IMG/VR virus record: IMGVR_UViG_2703718837_000001
Length of the DNA stretch: 49,704 bases
From: a virus
Taxonomy: Duplodnaviria > Heunggongvirae > Uroviricota > Caudoviricetes
Reading direction: 5' to 3' (one strand)
A model generated the notes under the pieces. That model had not been told where the DNA came from. It worked only from the letters and a program-made list of their open reading frames with translations, and made no database searches. Made by a program: the position numbers and the translations under genes. Numbering within the stretch: position 1 is the stretch's first letter; each line of letters opens with the position of its first letter. Below are positions 32,221 through 41,713 of the stretch, in pieces.

Positions 32221-32802
32221 ATGGCACCTATTCCTTATGGGGTTTACAGCCAGGCTGACGGTGTATCGCCATTTCTGAAAGTTACTTTAACGAACTCTCA
32301 GTACCAGGTTACCGGATATATCAGCCAGGGGGCGGCAATGAACATGGCCCAGAATTGGGAAGCGCCGTTTACCGGTATGTCCATGGGATCTGTTGCTGGT
32401 GCTTTCAGTGGTTTTGCGCAGGTTGGTACTGAAACAACGTCGGTTGCCCGTTGGAACAGCTTAATGGTTTGGGAAGGGGGAACACCGCCGACTTTCACGC
32501 TGCCAGTAACTTTCATCGCTTTGTTTGACCCATTCACGGAGGTTTCAGGAGCTATCGCCGCATTGTCAGCGATGATTAGCCCGGAACTTAAAGATGCCAG
32601 TATTGGTGGTCGAATCCCGGAGCGTGTGACGCTAAACATTGGTCGCCGGATCAACATCATTGATGTCGCTATCCAGGACATAAGTTTCGATCTCGATGCG
32701 ACCAGGGACAGCAATGGGCATTTCCTGAAAAACACCGTCAACCTCCAGTTGACCGGTTCTTCGATATATAACAGCTCCGATATTGTTCGGGCGTTCCAGT
32801 AA
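32221..32802 (+). CDS. Hypothetical tail/baseplate protein
   Basis: 193-aa ORF in the sheath operon. Confidence 0.5.
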   Translation: MAPIPYGVYSQADGVSPFLKVTLTNSQYQVTGYISQGAAMNMAQNWEAPFTGMSMGSVAGAFSGFAQVGTETTSVARWNSLMVWEGGTPPTFTLPVTFIALFDPFTEVSGAIAALSAMISPELKDASIGGRIPERVTLNIGRRINIIDVAIQDISFDLDATRDSNGHFLKNTVNLQLTGSSIYNSSDIVRAFQ

Positions 32803-32813
32803 AAGGATTTTAT

Positions 32814-33323
32814 ATGGGGCACAATAACACTAAGGGAAACCGTAAATTTATTAAGGGCCGCTATACTGCCAACGCGGCCAAAGGCGAACGACTGGTATCT
32901 TCTGAATTCCAGCTCACTTTTGCAGGCCATGAAGATATCAGCGTACTGGTTCGCACGTCGCAAATTCCTGAAATGACCCGCGAGGATGTGGAGGACTATG
33001 GTCCGAATGGTGTGAAGTTCAACCAGCACGGTCCAATCCGTAACTCCGGGGAAATCCAGGTCCAGTGCGTGGAGACTATCGAAGGTGATATTCTTCAGTT
33101 CATTAAAGATCGCATTGCGGCGAAGGACTATGTTGATATCACGATGGCTGCGACCCCTGAATCCAAATCTTCCGGGGTTAACGCCGTGACAAAAGCTGCT
33201 ACAACAATTGAAATGTTGGACTGCAAAATCTACAGTGATGCAATCGACTTTAGTACCGAAGATGTGACTGCCGCTGTGCGTCCGTCACTTCGTATCGTCT
33301 ACAACTGGATTGATTGGGATTAA
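32814..33323 (+). CDS. Hypothetical tail protein
   Basis: 169-aa ORF with RBS; followed by a terminator. Confidence 0.5.
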   Translation: MGHNNTKGNRKFIKGRYTANAAKGERLVSSEFQLTFAGHEDISVLVRTSQIPEMTREDVEDYGPNGVKFNQHGPIRNSGEIQVQCVETIEGDILQFIKDRIAAKDYVDITMAATPESKSSGVNAVTKAATTIEMLDCKIYSDAIDFSTEDVTAAVRPSLRIVYNWIDWD

Positions 33324-33342
33324 GAGTCATCCCTTGTATTTT

Positions 33343-33367
33343 AAAGCTCCTTCGGGAGCTTTTTTGT
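33343..33367 (+). terminator. Rho-independent terminator closing the sheath operon
   Basis: AAAGCTCC-TTCG-GGAGCTTT followed by T-run. Confidence 0.7.
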
Positions 33368-33406
33368 GCTTAAATCATGTCAATATAGCGAAATTTTGAG
33401 CATATT

Positions 33407-33703
33407 ATGGAAATTGATTTTTCATACTCTCCTGAAACGATAGAACGAAGATTCGAAATAATTGGATGCAAAACTATTTCCGAGGAGCATTATTGGATTC
33501 TCTATGATGCCAATACATGGTTATGTGCCTTAGCAGAATGTCAGCCATCGTTATGTGTAGGGGAGGGGGCTTTTCGACATAAGGTGCTGGCTACACTTGA
33601 AGTGAACACGTTACGATATTGGTGTGTAGAAATACTTAGTGATAACAAAGAATTGCACTTATTATTGCTGAATAAGTGTGCTTCTCTGCGCAGAAAAGCA
33701 TGA
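33407..33703 (+). CDS. Cys-rich small hypothetical protein (AT-rich island gene)
   Basis: 98 aa, six Cys; low GC; convergent with the two-gene minus-strand cassette. Confidence 0.45.
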   Translation: MEIDFSYSPETIERRFEIIGCKTISEEHYWILYDANTWLCALAECQPSLCVGEGAFRHKVLATLEVNTLRYWCVEILSDNKELHLLLLNKCASLRRKA

Positions 33704-33829
33704 GAAAACCCAACCGCTCTCCCGGAATTATCAGAAGAATATGTGCGGAAAGTTATAGCTAGCTATTGAAAAGCTAAAGTAGATCGGTTAGATTTGCATT
33801 ACTCATCTACCATGTGTAGAAAGAGCGAT

Positions 33830-33870
33830 CGAACCCGATACATAGCAATATGTGTCGGGTTCAGCTTTTT
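33830..33870 (+). terminator. Hairpin terminator between convergent island genes
   Basis: GAACCCGA...TCGGGTTC stem followed by AGCTTTTT. Confidence 0.5.
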
Positions 33871-34333
33871 ATGTCCCAAGTGCTCTTTTTCTGCTTTGTT
33901 TGAGTGTTCTGATTTTACTGTCATAGGTTACAACATAGGCTGTTTTGAGAAGCCAATAGTCTCTACGTGCGGATAGCACAACAACGTAGTTTTCACACTC
34001 ATTCCAGATTACCCACTCTTCAGTTGGTCCTCGTCTTTCAGACCAACATGATATATCGCAATGGTTATAATTCCTTATCATATGCGCGATCCAGCGAATT
34101 CGCTTGCACCGTTCAAGATCGGGTATACGTTCTTCTTCTTTTTTTCCCTCTGATACTAAATGCCAAAATCCGAACTCTTTCCCATCATATTCCGGTGAAT
34201 AACGTAATCGAACAGGGAGACCCTTAAACGTTATATTAGAGATTAAAATGTCTTCTCTGACAATATCATATACATCGTCTATATACTCTTGCCAACTTCC
34301 ATTGAAGTACAATAAATCTGGCATTTGAAGCAT
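33869..34333 (-). CDS. Hypothetical protein, downstream gene of AT-rich two-gene cassette
   Basis: ATG at 34333-34331 overlaps the upstream stop in a TGATG arrangement, GGGAGG 7 nt upstream; 154 aa; Cys/His-containing; no family recognised. Confidence 0.55.
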   Translation of the reverse strand: MLQMPDLLYFNGSWQEYIDDVYDIVREDILISNITFKGLPVRLRYSPEYDGKEFGFWHLVSEGKKEEERIPDLERCKRIRWIAHMIRNYNHCDISCWSERRGPTEEWVIWNECENYVVVLSARRDYWLLKTAYVVTYDSKIRTLKQSRKRALGT

Positions 34334-35037
34334 CAGCGAGCCTCCCACACGAAAATATTAAATTTACTTTCTGTTGGAAGAGTGCTTTTTAGTAACTCCC
34401 TGTTTGTATGTGATTTTATCCTGTTTATGACTTGGATTTTTCCCGCGTTGCTATTCATTCCTCGATGAACGTAGCCTAATGCACCAATGAAAAGATCCGT
34501 TAGCTGCAATTGTTGCACTTCATGAGATCGTATATGTTGAATTCTGTTTATCGACTCATGATTGTAATCATAGCGATCATTGTGAAGAACCCCTCTTAAT
34601 TTCTCAATTTTTTCAATACCTAAAGTATCTTTTATATCTAGGTAGATATTGTATGTGTTGTTACTTTCTATTATGTTTTTTAAGACATAAAAAAACATCT
34701 TATAATAGAAAGTATTATGATCTTGATGGAATCGAGCATGGTCCAGTTGCTCTTTATCAGGAACAACAACACCTCTAAAGCGCAATGCTGGGTTGCTGAA
34801 GAAGTAATCTACGACATCTAAGTAAAATTCAACTTTGGACGCAGATACTTTAGTCCACTTGATTTCGAAATCAGGTTTTAGATTGTGTTTTAATTTTAAT
34901 TCCTTGATGTCTCTAGCAATTTTTTTTGTGATAGTACCAGGACACCAAAGCGCACCCAATACCATGACTTTATTATGATCATTTAGTAGGTGACAGGATT
35001 CATCGCAGAATACATTAAATGTTCTTCGGTTCAACAT
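34333..35037 (-). CDS. Hypothetical protein with N-terminal FCDESCH motif, upstream gene of AT-rich two-gene cassette
   Basis: 234 aa; GGAG RBS; N-terminal NVFCDESCH resembles a DES-type acidic catalytic signature (reminiscent of DUF3800-like proteins, from memory). Confidence 0.55.
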   Translation of the reverse strand: MLNRRTFNVFCDESCHLLNDHNKVMVLGALWCPGTITKKIARDIKELKLKHNLKPDFEIKWTKVSASKVEFYLDVVDYFFSNPALRFRGVVVPDKEQLDHARFHQDHNTFYYKMFFYVLKNIIESNNTYNIYLDIKDTLGIEKIEKLRGVLHNDRYDYNHESINRIQHIRSHEVQQLQLTDLFIGALGYVHRGMNSNAGKIQVINRIKSHTNRELLKSTLPTESKFNIFVWEAR

Positions 35038-35184
35038 GTTAACTCCACTTATTGTTAGGTAGAATTGTCCGTTAGTTGTTTATTAATTGCAATAATGGGA
35101 CGTCCAGTTTTGGCAACTGTGTCCTCTTACCAAGACGCCTATGAGTTTGCCTCATGGCAAACTAGAAGTGTTGAAAGCATGCAT

Positions 35185-35201
35185 GGTTCTAATTAGAGCA
35201 A
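35185..35201 (-). promoter_or_regulatory. Weak C1-operator-like site upstream of the AT-rich cassette
   Basis: Reverse complement ATTGCTCTAATTAGAAC (first 11 positions match consensus, 12/17 overall). Confidence 0.3.
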
Positions 35202-35205
35202 TTCA

Positions 35206-36051
35206 TTAACCTCTGAATCCTGCCGGTATACCCCATTGTTCGTTATCTTTATTTTTGGCTAAAACCGCATTAAGAGCTTCGTTTACCGTCATGCAATGCG
35301 GCAGATTATCGAAGTTTGATACCCCGCCAATATCAGGAGAACGCTTGTTCTTCAGGTAAGCATATTTCCGCGCTGCCGCCTCTACTTTCTGCTTGAACTC
35401 ATGTTTTTGAGCGCGTTTTTTGGATAACCGCAGATTGTCAGCCTTTGCTTTTGCCTCAGCGATCCATGAAGTCAATTTTTTGAGTCTGGTCGTTCCGGCA
35501 CCGCCGGAAACTGATCTTTTTGTTTTTTTAACTTGTGACTTCTTATTCTTTATTGCCACGTCATCCTGACAGGGGGAGGGGGTATCATTTTGACATGGGG
35601 GTGTGGATAAAAAATTAAATAAAGCCAATGTCTTAGCGAGAACAGCTTTAACCTTGGTTGCCGCTGAAGAGATCTTTAATTTGCTTTCAATCAGCGCATT
35701 TTTGGCTTGTTGTGCGAAGGCCAAAAAGGATGGTGTAAACCGGTACAGGTTAGCGCGACGTTCACGGTGATCGCCGATAACAATCTCTACAGACAGGATT
35801 CCTTTGTTTACAGCTTCACGGAATGCACGAACGACGGTTGATTGGCTATAACCAGTTTCTGCCGCGATCAGGCGGTGAGGCTTGTGAATGAAGTATTCAC
35901 TGGTTGTTGCCGCGAGATTTGCACATTGCGACAGGATATGCCCGGCGCTACGGGATAGACCGGAGTGTGTTACAAAGCAGGCCAATTCATAGCCAGAAAA
36001 AGTAAAATCGCTCATCGTTATACAGCTCAGGAAAGTGACTTTAGCCAGCAT
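35206..36051 (-). CDS. repL: Lytic-replicon initiator-like HTH protein (RepL-like)
   Basis: 281 aa, immediately downstream of the KilA-N gene with an operator upstream, matching the P1 kilA-repL arrangement; HTH-like TGYSQSTVVRAFREAVNKGIL. Confidence 0.5.
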   Translation of the reverse strand: MLAKVTFLSCITMSDFTFSGYELACFVTHSGLSRSAGHILSQCANLAATTSEYFIHKPHRLIAAETGYSQSTVVRAFREAVNKGILSVEIVIGDHRERRANLYRFTPSFLAFAQQAKNALIESKLKISSAATKVKAVLAKTLALFNFLSTPPCQNDTPSPCQDDVAIKNKKSQVKKTKRSVSGGAGTTRLKKLTSWIAEAKAKADNLRLSKKRAQKHEFKQKVEAAARKYAYLKNKRSPDIGGVSNFDNLPHCMTVNEALNAVLAKNKDNEQWGIPAGFRG

Positions 36052-36080
36052 TACAATGCTGGTGGTTCTTACTACGTCTG

Positions 36081-36881
36081 TTAGTGCGTTGCCGCGACAG
36101 GTACCAGCACACCAGCATCAAGCAATCGCTTCATCAGCCACTGCTGACCTTTGCCGGTTATACGAGTCGTGAAAGAAATCCTGCTTCCATTGCTTGTATC
36201 GATCACGGTTTCTTTAAGGGTGAAATACCCACGGGATATGTATTCTTGTTTGGGGACGTTCCTGCGTTCACCGGTTGCGATCAGAATTCCGTTATCACGC
36301 AACCAGGTGAAGAGATAGTTTTGGCCCAGGCCGAGCACTTTGGCATAGTTGCCGATTAGAACCCCGCTGGCGGTAGCAACGCGTTCGGCGAATTCGACTT
36401 TAGGTGCATCCATCAGCATTTTTTGCTCCAGCCGTTGCTTTTGCTCTGCCAGGTCAGCAGCCAAACGGAGAGCTTCTGGGAGACTCTGCGGAATAGCAGG
36501 TTGTAATCTTCCAGCTCGATAGTCGATAAATGTCTGGTTTACCTTCAGCCGAAACGCGGGAGAAATCCAACCTGCGTACTCCACTGCGAGCAATTCATGG
36601 GCAAAAGTGCCGCCGCCACGGCCTTCGAACGAAACTATGCAATTCTGCATAGTTTCTTTTTCAAGCTCTTCGATGAGCTGTTTAGCTGACAGCGTTCTTA
36701 GCCATTGAGCTGGCGCTTTATGGGCACCGAGTCCGCTCGCTCTGTGTAGAGCATTAAGGTTGTAACGGCCAGCGCGGTCGGTCGTAATTTCAACACCACA
36801 AATAACGGGCAGAGTGGTTGAAGGATCGACATTTTGATGAAGGTTTGATATATTCATATCCGCATTGAATGTTTGTTGCAT
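36081..36881 (-). CDS. kilA: KilA-N domain protein with antirepressor-type C-terminal domain
   Basis: 266 aa; N-terminal KilA-N-like region (YNLNALHRASGLGAHKAPAQWLR); C-terminal domain paralogous to that of 37522-38535. Confidence 0.65.
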   Translation of the reverse strand: MQQTFNADMNISNLHQNVDPSTTLPVICGVEITTDRAGRYNLNALHRASGLGAHKAPAQWLRTLSAKQLIEELEKETMQNCIVSFEGRGGGTFAHELLAVEYAGWISPAFRLKVNQTFIDYRAGRLQPAIPQSLPEALRLAADLAEQKQRLEQKMLMDAPKVEFAERVATASGVLIGNYAKVLGLGQNYLFTWLRDNGILIATGERRNVPKQEYISRGYFTLKETVIDTSNGSRISFTTRITGKGQQWLMKRLLDAGVLVPVAATH

Positions 36882-36951
36882 TTTTTCTCCAAATTTGCAT
36901 CAACCTTCAATCACCAGCTCGAAATGGTGATTTCTTTGTACTCAGAAAACA

Positions 36952-36968
36952 AAAATTATTAGAGCAAA
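36952..36968 (-). promoter_or_regulatory. P1 C1-repressor operator-like site upstream of kilA-repL
   Basis: Reverse complement TTTGCTCTAATAATTTT (15/17 to consensus). Confidence 0.55.
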
Positions 36969-37521
36969 TTTTTCTGACTCGATCCAGATCGGGTTGGTCG
37001 ATCTGCTCAGAAACCTGCCAGTTCGCTGGCAGGTTTTTTTGTATAAGGCGTTTTTCAATGTGGATTTGTGGCTGGCTAAAACGAAAAAGGCCACAGGTTT
37101 TACCCTGTGGCCTGTTCGGGCGCAACGCGCTGCTGTTACACTGCGAACTAACGCCCTTCAATATTGTTATGCAATGTGGAGAAGTGAGGCAATCACTGAT
37201 GCCAACACAGAACTTGAAGCTCCGATGATGACAGGAACAATGATGTTGGTCACAATCCACTTGCAAGCTTTTTGAAGAGTCATTACGAAGCTCCGCATAC
37301 TTGCAACAGCAACTGCTTGCGGCTATCCTCTTGTTGTTCAGACATAAGGAATGCCCTCGCTGGTTGCCTCCATGCAACGTTGTGGCGAGGGTTTTTTCTG
37401 TCTGGAGGCTACGCATCCAGGAGTTCATAACCCCCGCATAACGTTGCGCCTCCCCTGAAAAACAGGGTTGGGCATATCGTACACATGCCTGTAATTTATG
37501 GCAAATCCTGGTCTGAATACG

Positions 37522-38535
37522 TTAAGACAAGGACGCCACTGGTTTTAACAAACCAGCATCAAGTAGCTTGCGAGTTAACCACTGCTGGCCTTTACCCGTT
37601 AATTGGGGCGTCAGCCGTATCTGGTAGCCATTTTCATCATCCAGCACCACTTCTTTCACCGTGAAATACCCGGCGTTGATGTACTGTTGGCGCGGTACGT
37701 TTTTGCGCGCTCCAAAAGCCATGAGAATGCCATTCTGGCGCAACCATGAGAAAAGGGCGTTTTGCTTAAGTCCAACGACCTTTGCAAAGTTCCCGATCAG
37801 GATTCCATTGGCCACTGATACCCGGTCGGCAAAATCGACTTTAGGGGCTGCGGCCACCAGCTGCTGTTCCAACTGCATTTTCTGTTCTGCCAACTCGGCA
37901 GCCAGGCGTAGAGCTTCTGGTAATGTTTGGGGGATCGATGGGGCAGGGGAGTTTGCCTGCTGCAATTCTTCCAGTTTGTCGATCAGCGAACGGCGGACCG
38001 CTTTCGATTCGCGCGCGGCGACTCGCAGGGCTTGTTTGTAGGTCATGGTTATAATATCTATTTCTGCGCCGTTTTTTTGACCTACGAAAATTTCGTAGGT
38101 TTCTCCTTCAAGCTCATCCTTAACTCTGGCAATGAAATCATTGTTGCGAACTGGTTTTTCGCTACATAATTTCCGTGCCTCATTGACCATCTTCAACAAT
38201 GTTTGGCTGTCGATTGTGTCTCCGGTGTTGGGGATGACATTCAGGGCTGGTGCTGGTTTTTCAACATTTAAATTATTACCGGTCATTCTATGTGCCTCCT
38301 TTCTCATTTCTGCTGCCACTGTTGCGTAACGTAGACGTCCTTGTTCAATCAAATAATCCCTGATCTCGGCTATCAGTAGCCTGTTGATCACAGCCTTATC
38401 TGTTCGGGTATAAAAACGTCTGGTTATCATGAAATAGTTGGCAATTGCGCCGGGGATCTCCCGTGTCGGCATACAGGTTGTATGCAAAGCGATCGCTTCG
38501 GCTATTTCATTACGGGTGACGAGAGGTTTTTTCAT
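37522..38535 (-). CDS. Antirepressor-like protein (Ant C-terminal domain)
   Basis: 337 aa; C-terminal 130 aa nearly colinear with the kilA C-terminus (PQTLPEALRLAAELAEQK...GKGQQWL); translationally coupled to an upstream 73-codon ORF. Confidence 0.65.
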   Translation of the reverse strand: MKKPLVTRNEIAEAIALHTTCMPTREIPGAIANYFMITRRFYTRTDKAVINRLLIAEIRDYLIEQGRLRYATVAAEMRKEAHRMTGNNLNVEKPAPALNVIPNTGDTIDSQTLLKMVNEARKLCSEKPVRNNDFIARVKDELEGETYEIFVGQKNGAEIDIITMTYKQALRVAARESKAVRRSLIDKLEELQQANSPAPSIPQTLPEALRLAAELAEQKMQLEQQLVAAAPKVDFADRVSVANGILIGNFAKVVGLKQNALFSWLRQNGILMAFGARKNVPRQQYINAGYFTVKEVVLDDENGYQIRLTPQLTGKGQQWLTRKLLDAGLLKPVASLS

Positions 38536-38753
38536 AAAACCCCCTGAACGTCGGCAGAGAAGGGGAGGTTCCAGTAACTAAGTGAATTGCGCGAGTTAGT
38601 CGAAAAACGGGCAGTAAAAATGCAGGGGCCATCAGGCAATTGAGAGCGTGCTTCGTCTTCTGTTGCTGCGATGACGAAGTGATAGTGGTGTTTTTTACAG
38701 GAATAGAAACGCCAGATGAATTCAGGGCGTGCGCAAGGATTGGCATTAACCAT
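38532..38753 (-). CDS. Small protein coupled to the antirepressor gene (icd-like position)
   Basis: 73 codons; ATG preceded by GAGG; stop overlaps the ant start (ATGA-type). Matches the position of icd in the P1 immI operon. Confidence 0.45.
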   Translation of the reverse strand: MVNANPCARPEFIWRFYSCKKHHYHFVIAATEDEARSQLPDGPCIFTARFSTNSRNSLSYWNLPFSADVQGVL

Positions 38754-38809
38754 AGTTACGGCCTCACAATCAGGTTTAACAACCTGCTACCCGCTGCTAA
38801 ACAGGTGGC

Positions 38810-38900
38810 AGGACGTGACGGGGTTAGCAGACTGGCGATTGTGAAACCAGCAGGCCGAAGCCTCCCCATCACGCCCCACCATAATTTGGGCGTAACGCGG
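38810..38900 (-). ncRNA. Candidate c4-like antisense RNA of the immI region
   Basis: Segment contains TCACAATC, complementary to GATTGTGA next to the SD of the 73-codon ORF, and CTGCTAACC, complementary to two GTTTAGCAG copies at 38794-38806 and 38961-38973 on the same transcript. Confidence 0.35.
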
Positions 38901-39067
38901 TTTTACGGACACAAAAATACCGCAATATCGGATATCTGCGGCTGTCCGCACAATCATTCAGGCTGCTAAACCCGGTCGCAGAATTTGCTACGACGGCGAA
39001 ACTATAAGCCTGAACGATTAAAAGGTCAATATGATGCGAAAAGATAGCATTCGCGACTTAAAAATAC

Positions 39068-39084
39068 AAATTTATTAGAGCAGG
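39068..39084 (-). promoter_or_regulatory. P1 C1-repressor operator-like site heading the immI-like operon
   Basis: Reverse complement CCTGCTCTAATAAATTT (15/17 to consensus). Confidence 0.55.
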
Positions 39085-39365
39085 TGAGTGTCGTGCAATA
39101 GATGTATTATTTGTGATGAAAAATAATGCAGAGGGATATTGTTACTTTAAGATGGATATCAATAATCGATACATAAATTAAGTTAGCAATAAACTATTAA
39201 CTTAAGAAATAATGCAGATGGTGAACTTATCTCTGACTTTTCAGCTATACACAATAAGTTAGGGATAGCTTATAAAAAGTTGATTAATTGATATAAGTCA
39301 ATGGGAGTATTCTTGTTTACTTTCCGTTCTCGTGGTAACTTCTCGCCGGTTTTTGTTTTTCTGGG

Positions 39366-39887
39366 ATGATTCTTATGTCTAAAAAGTATACTTTATGCGC
39401 TCTTGTTGTATCTGCAATTCTTCTTTCTGGGTGTCAATCTAGCGGTGCTGATTATGCTGCCGATGTTTATGATACCGCTCAATTGAATTCGAAGCAGGAA
39501 ACAAAGACAGTCAATATTATCTCTGTGCTTCCAGCTAAAGTGAAAGTTGATAATAAAGCTAATAAAGAAGCGGCACAGACATTTGGTGCGGTACTGGGAG
39601 CTGTTGCTGGGGGCGTTGCCGGTTATAATGTTAAAGGCACATCGACACTGGGTGCTGTAGCTGGCGGTACTGGTGGTGCGGCTCTTGGTGCAGCGACTGG
39701 TTCTTTGGTTAGTGATAAAACAATTGTTGAAGGTGTTTCACTGACTTATAAAGAAGGAACTAAGGTGTTCACTTCAACTCAAGTTGGTAAAGCATGCCAG
39801 TTTACAACGGGGCTTGCTGTGCTTATTTCAACTAAAGATAATGAAACTCGAATTCAGCCAAATGCTACTTGTCCAGAAAAGAAATAA
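39366..39887 (+). CDS. Lipoprotein with glycine-zipper region
   Basis: Lipobox LLSGC after a hydrophobic signal; Gly/Ala-rich GAVLGAVAGGVAG...GAVAGGTGGAALGAATG zipper; AT-rich. Confidence 0.7.
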   Translation: MILMSKKYTLCALVVSAILLSGCQSSGADYAADVYDTAQLNSKQETKTVNIISVLPAKVKVDNKANKEAAQTFGAVLGAVAGGVAGYNVKGTSTLGAVAGGTGGAALGAATGSLVSDKTIVEGVSLTYKEGTKVFTSTQVGKACQFTTGLAVLISTKDNETRIQPNATCPEKK

Positions 39888-39890
39888 TTT

Positions 39891-40430
39891 ATGAATAAAA
39901 TTATTTTATTTCTAATCTTTTCTACGTTTAGTGTAGGCACTGCCTTGGCTAACTCGTTGCAAAGTCAAATTGCTGCTATTGCTCAAGCGGAAAATGAAGG
40001 GCGAGCTAAAGAGCAGCAAGCTGAGGATGCCAGAAAAGAACTTATTCGCCAACAAGCACAAGCTGAACGTATTAGAAGAGAAAAAGCAGCATCTGCCGCT
40101 GCTGCACGCGAAAAACAGCGTGTTGCTGCAGAAAATGAACGTAGAGCGAAACGAGAAGCCGAGCTAGCAAATGACAAGAAGCGAGATCAAGCTTATGAGG
40201 ATGAGCTTCGCAAGCTGCAACTCGAAAGCATGAAACTCGAACTGCAAGCAAAAGCGGCTCGTGTCCAGCGAGAAAACGATTTTATAGAGCAGGAGTTGAA
40301 GGAGAGAGCAGCTAAGACAGATGTAATTCAGTCTGAGGCTGATGCAAATAGAAATATTTCTACAGGAAGTAAAGATTTACTGCAAAGCGAAGGAAAAGCT
40401 AGAGAGAAGAAAGCTAGCAGTTGGTGGTAG
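39891..40430 (+). CDS. Secreted coiled-coil protein
   Basis: Signal peptide MNKIILFLIFSTFSVGTALA; long charged helical region rich in E/R/K/A/Q. Confidence 0.6.
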   Translation: MNKIILFLIFSTFSVGTALANSLQSQIAAIAQAENEGRAKEQQAEDARKELIRQQAQAERIRREKAASAAAAREKQRVAAENERRAKREAELANDKKRDQAYEDELRKLQLESMKLELQAKAARVQRENDFIEQELKERAAKTDVIQSEADANRNISTGSKDLLQSEGKAREKKASSWW

Positions 40431-40486
40431 TAATCACTACGATTGCGAGCATACTGTCACAAATGACAACTCGTAGAATCTGTTAA

Positions 40487-41077
<591 letters not shown>

Positions 41078-41087
41078 GGGAGCTGAT

Positions 41088-41699
41088 ATGGGGCTTAATG
41101 TTGCTTCAGTAAAGTCTTATGTATCTTCGGCATTAACGACGACATTATTTGGCTCCGGCGTTGGTGAGCGGGAAGTTGGTAAGCTGACGTCAATCATCAT
41201 GAACAAAATGTTGTTCGCGCAAGGATGGCAGTTCTCTGTCGAAGTTGATGGACTGGAGGGGGCAGACTTCTTTGCCAAAGATATTACCTACCACGATTAC
41301 AGTATCGAATATGAAACGATTAAAATCGGCGGAGGGAATATCCTTCAACCAACGGAGCGTTCGCCTGGGCAGATAACAATGATGGTCAGGGATACCGTTG
41401 ATGGCCTCGTTTTGGACTGGTTTAAGACGGCAAAAAGTCGGGTGATTAATCCAGACGGTACCGGGAATATACCGTCTAAATATTTGCTCAATGTGCGTAT
41501 TTATCGGTTGCTGTCTTCCGGCTTAACCAAACTGGAAAATGAGATGACTGTATTCCCTGTCACTACCGGCGATGTCACCTATGCGCGGGATCAGGTTACG
41601 GAATTTAAGTCATTCCCAATGACCTTCGCATTGCACAGCACGTTTAACCAATCCTCAAGTTCTTTGGCTTCCCTTCTGGGCTTTAGTTTTTCTCTTTGA
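41088..41699 (+). CDS. Putative tail tube protein
   Basis: 203 aa, size and position (upstream of tape measure) consistent with a myovirus tube protein; no motif-level proof. Confidence 0.45.
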   Translation: MGLNVASVKSYVSSALTTTLFGSGVGEREVGKLTSIIMNKMLFAQGWQFSVEVDGLEGADFFAKDITYHDYSIEYETIKIGGGNILQPTERSPGQITMMVRDTVDGLVLDWFKTAKSRVINPDGTGNIPSKYLLNVRIYRLLSSGLTKLENEMTVFPVTTGDVTYARDQVTEFKSFPMTFALHSTFNQSSSSLASLLGFSFSL

Positions 41700-41713
41700 A
41701 TTAAGGAGCAAGG

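Noticed and set aside
38510-38746. 78-aa minus-strand ORF overlapping the antirepressor start
   Set aside because: The alternative frame (38532-38753) has a proper RBS and ATGA-type coupling to the antirepressor gene and fits the immI layout; this frame lacks both.
39970-40177. ORFs on both strands inside the secreted coiled-coil gene
   Set aside because: Alternative-frame readings of a repetitive, charged coding region; the main frame has a signal peptide and RBS.
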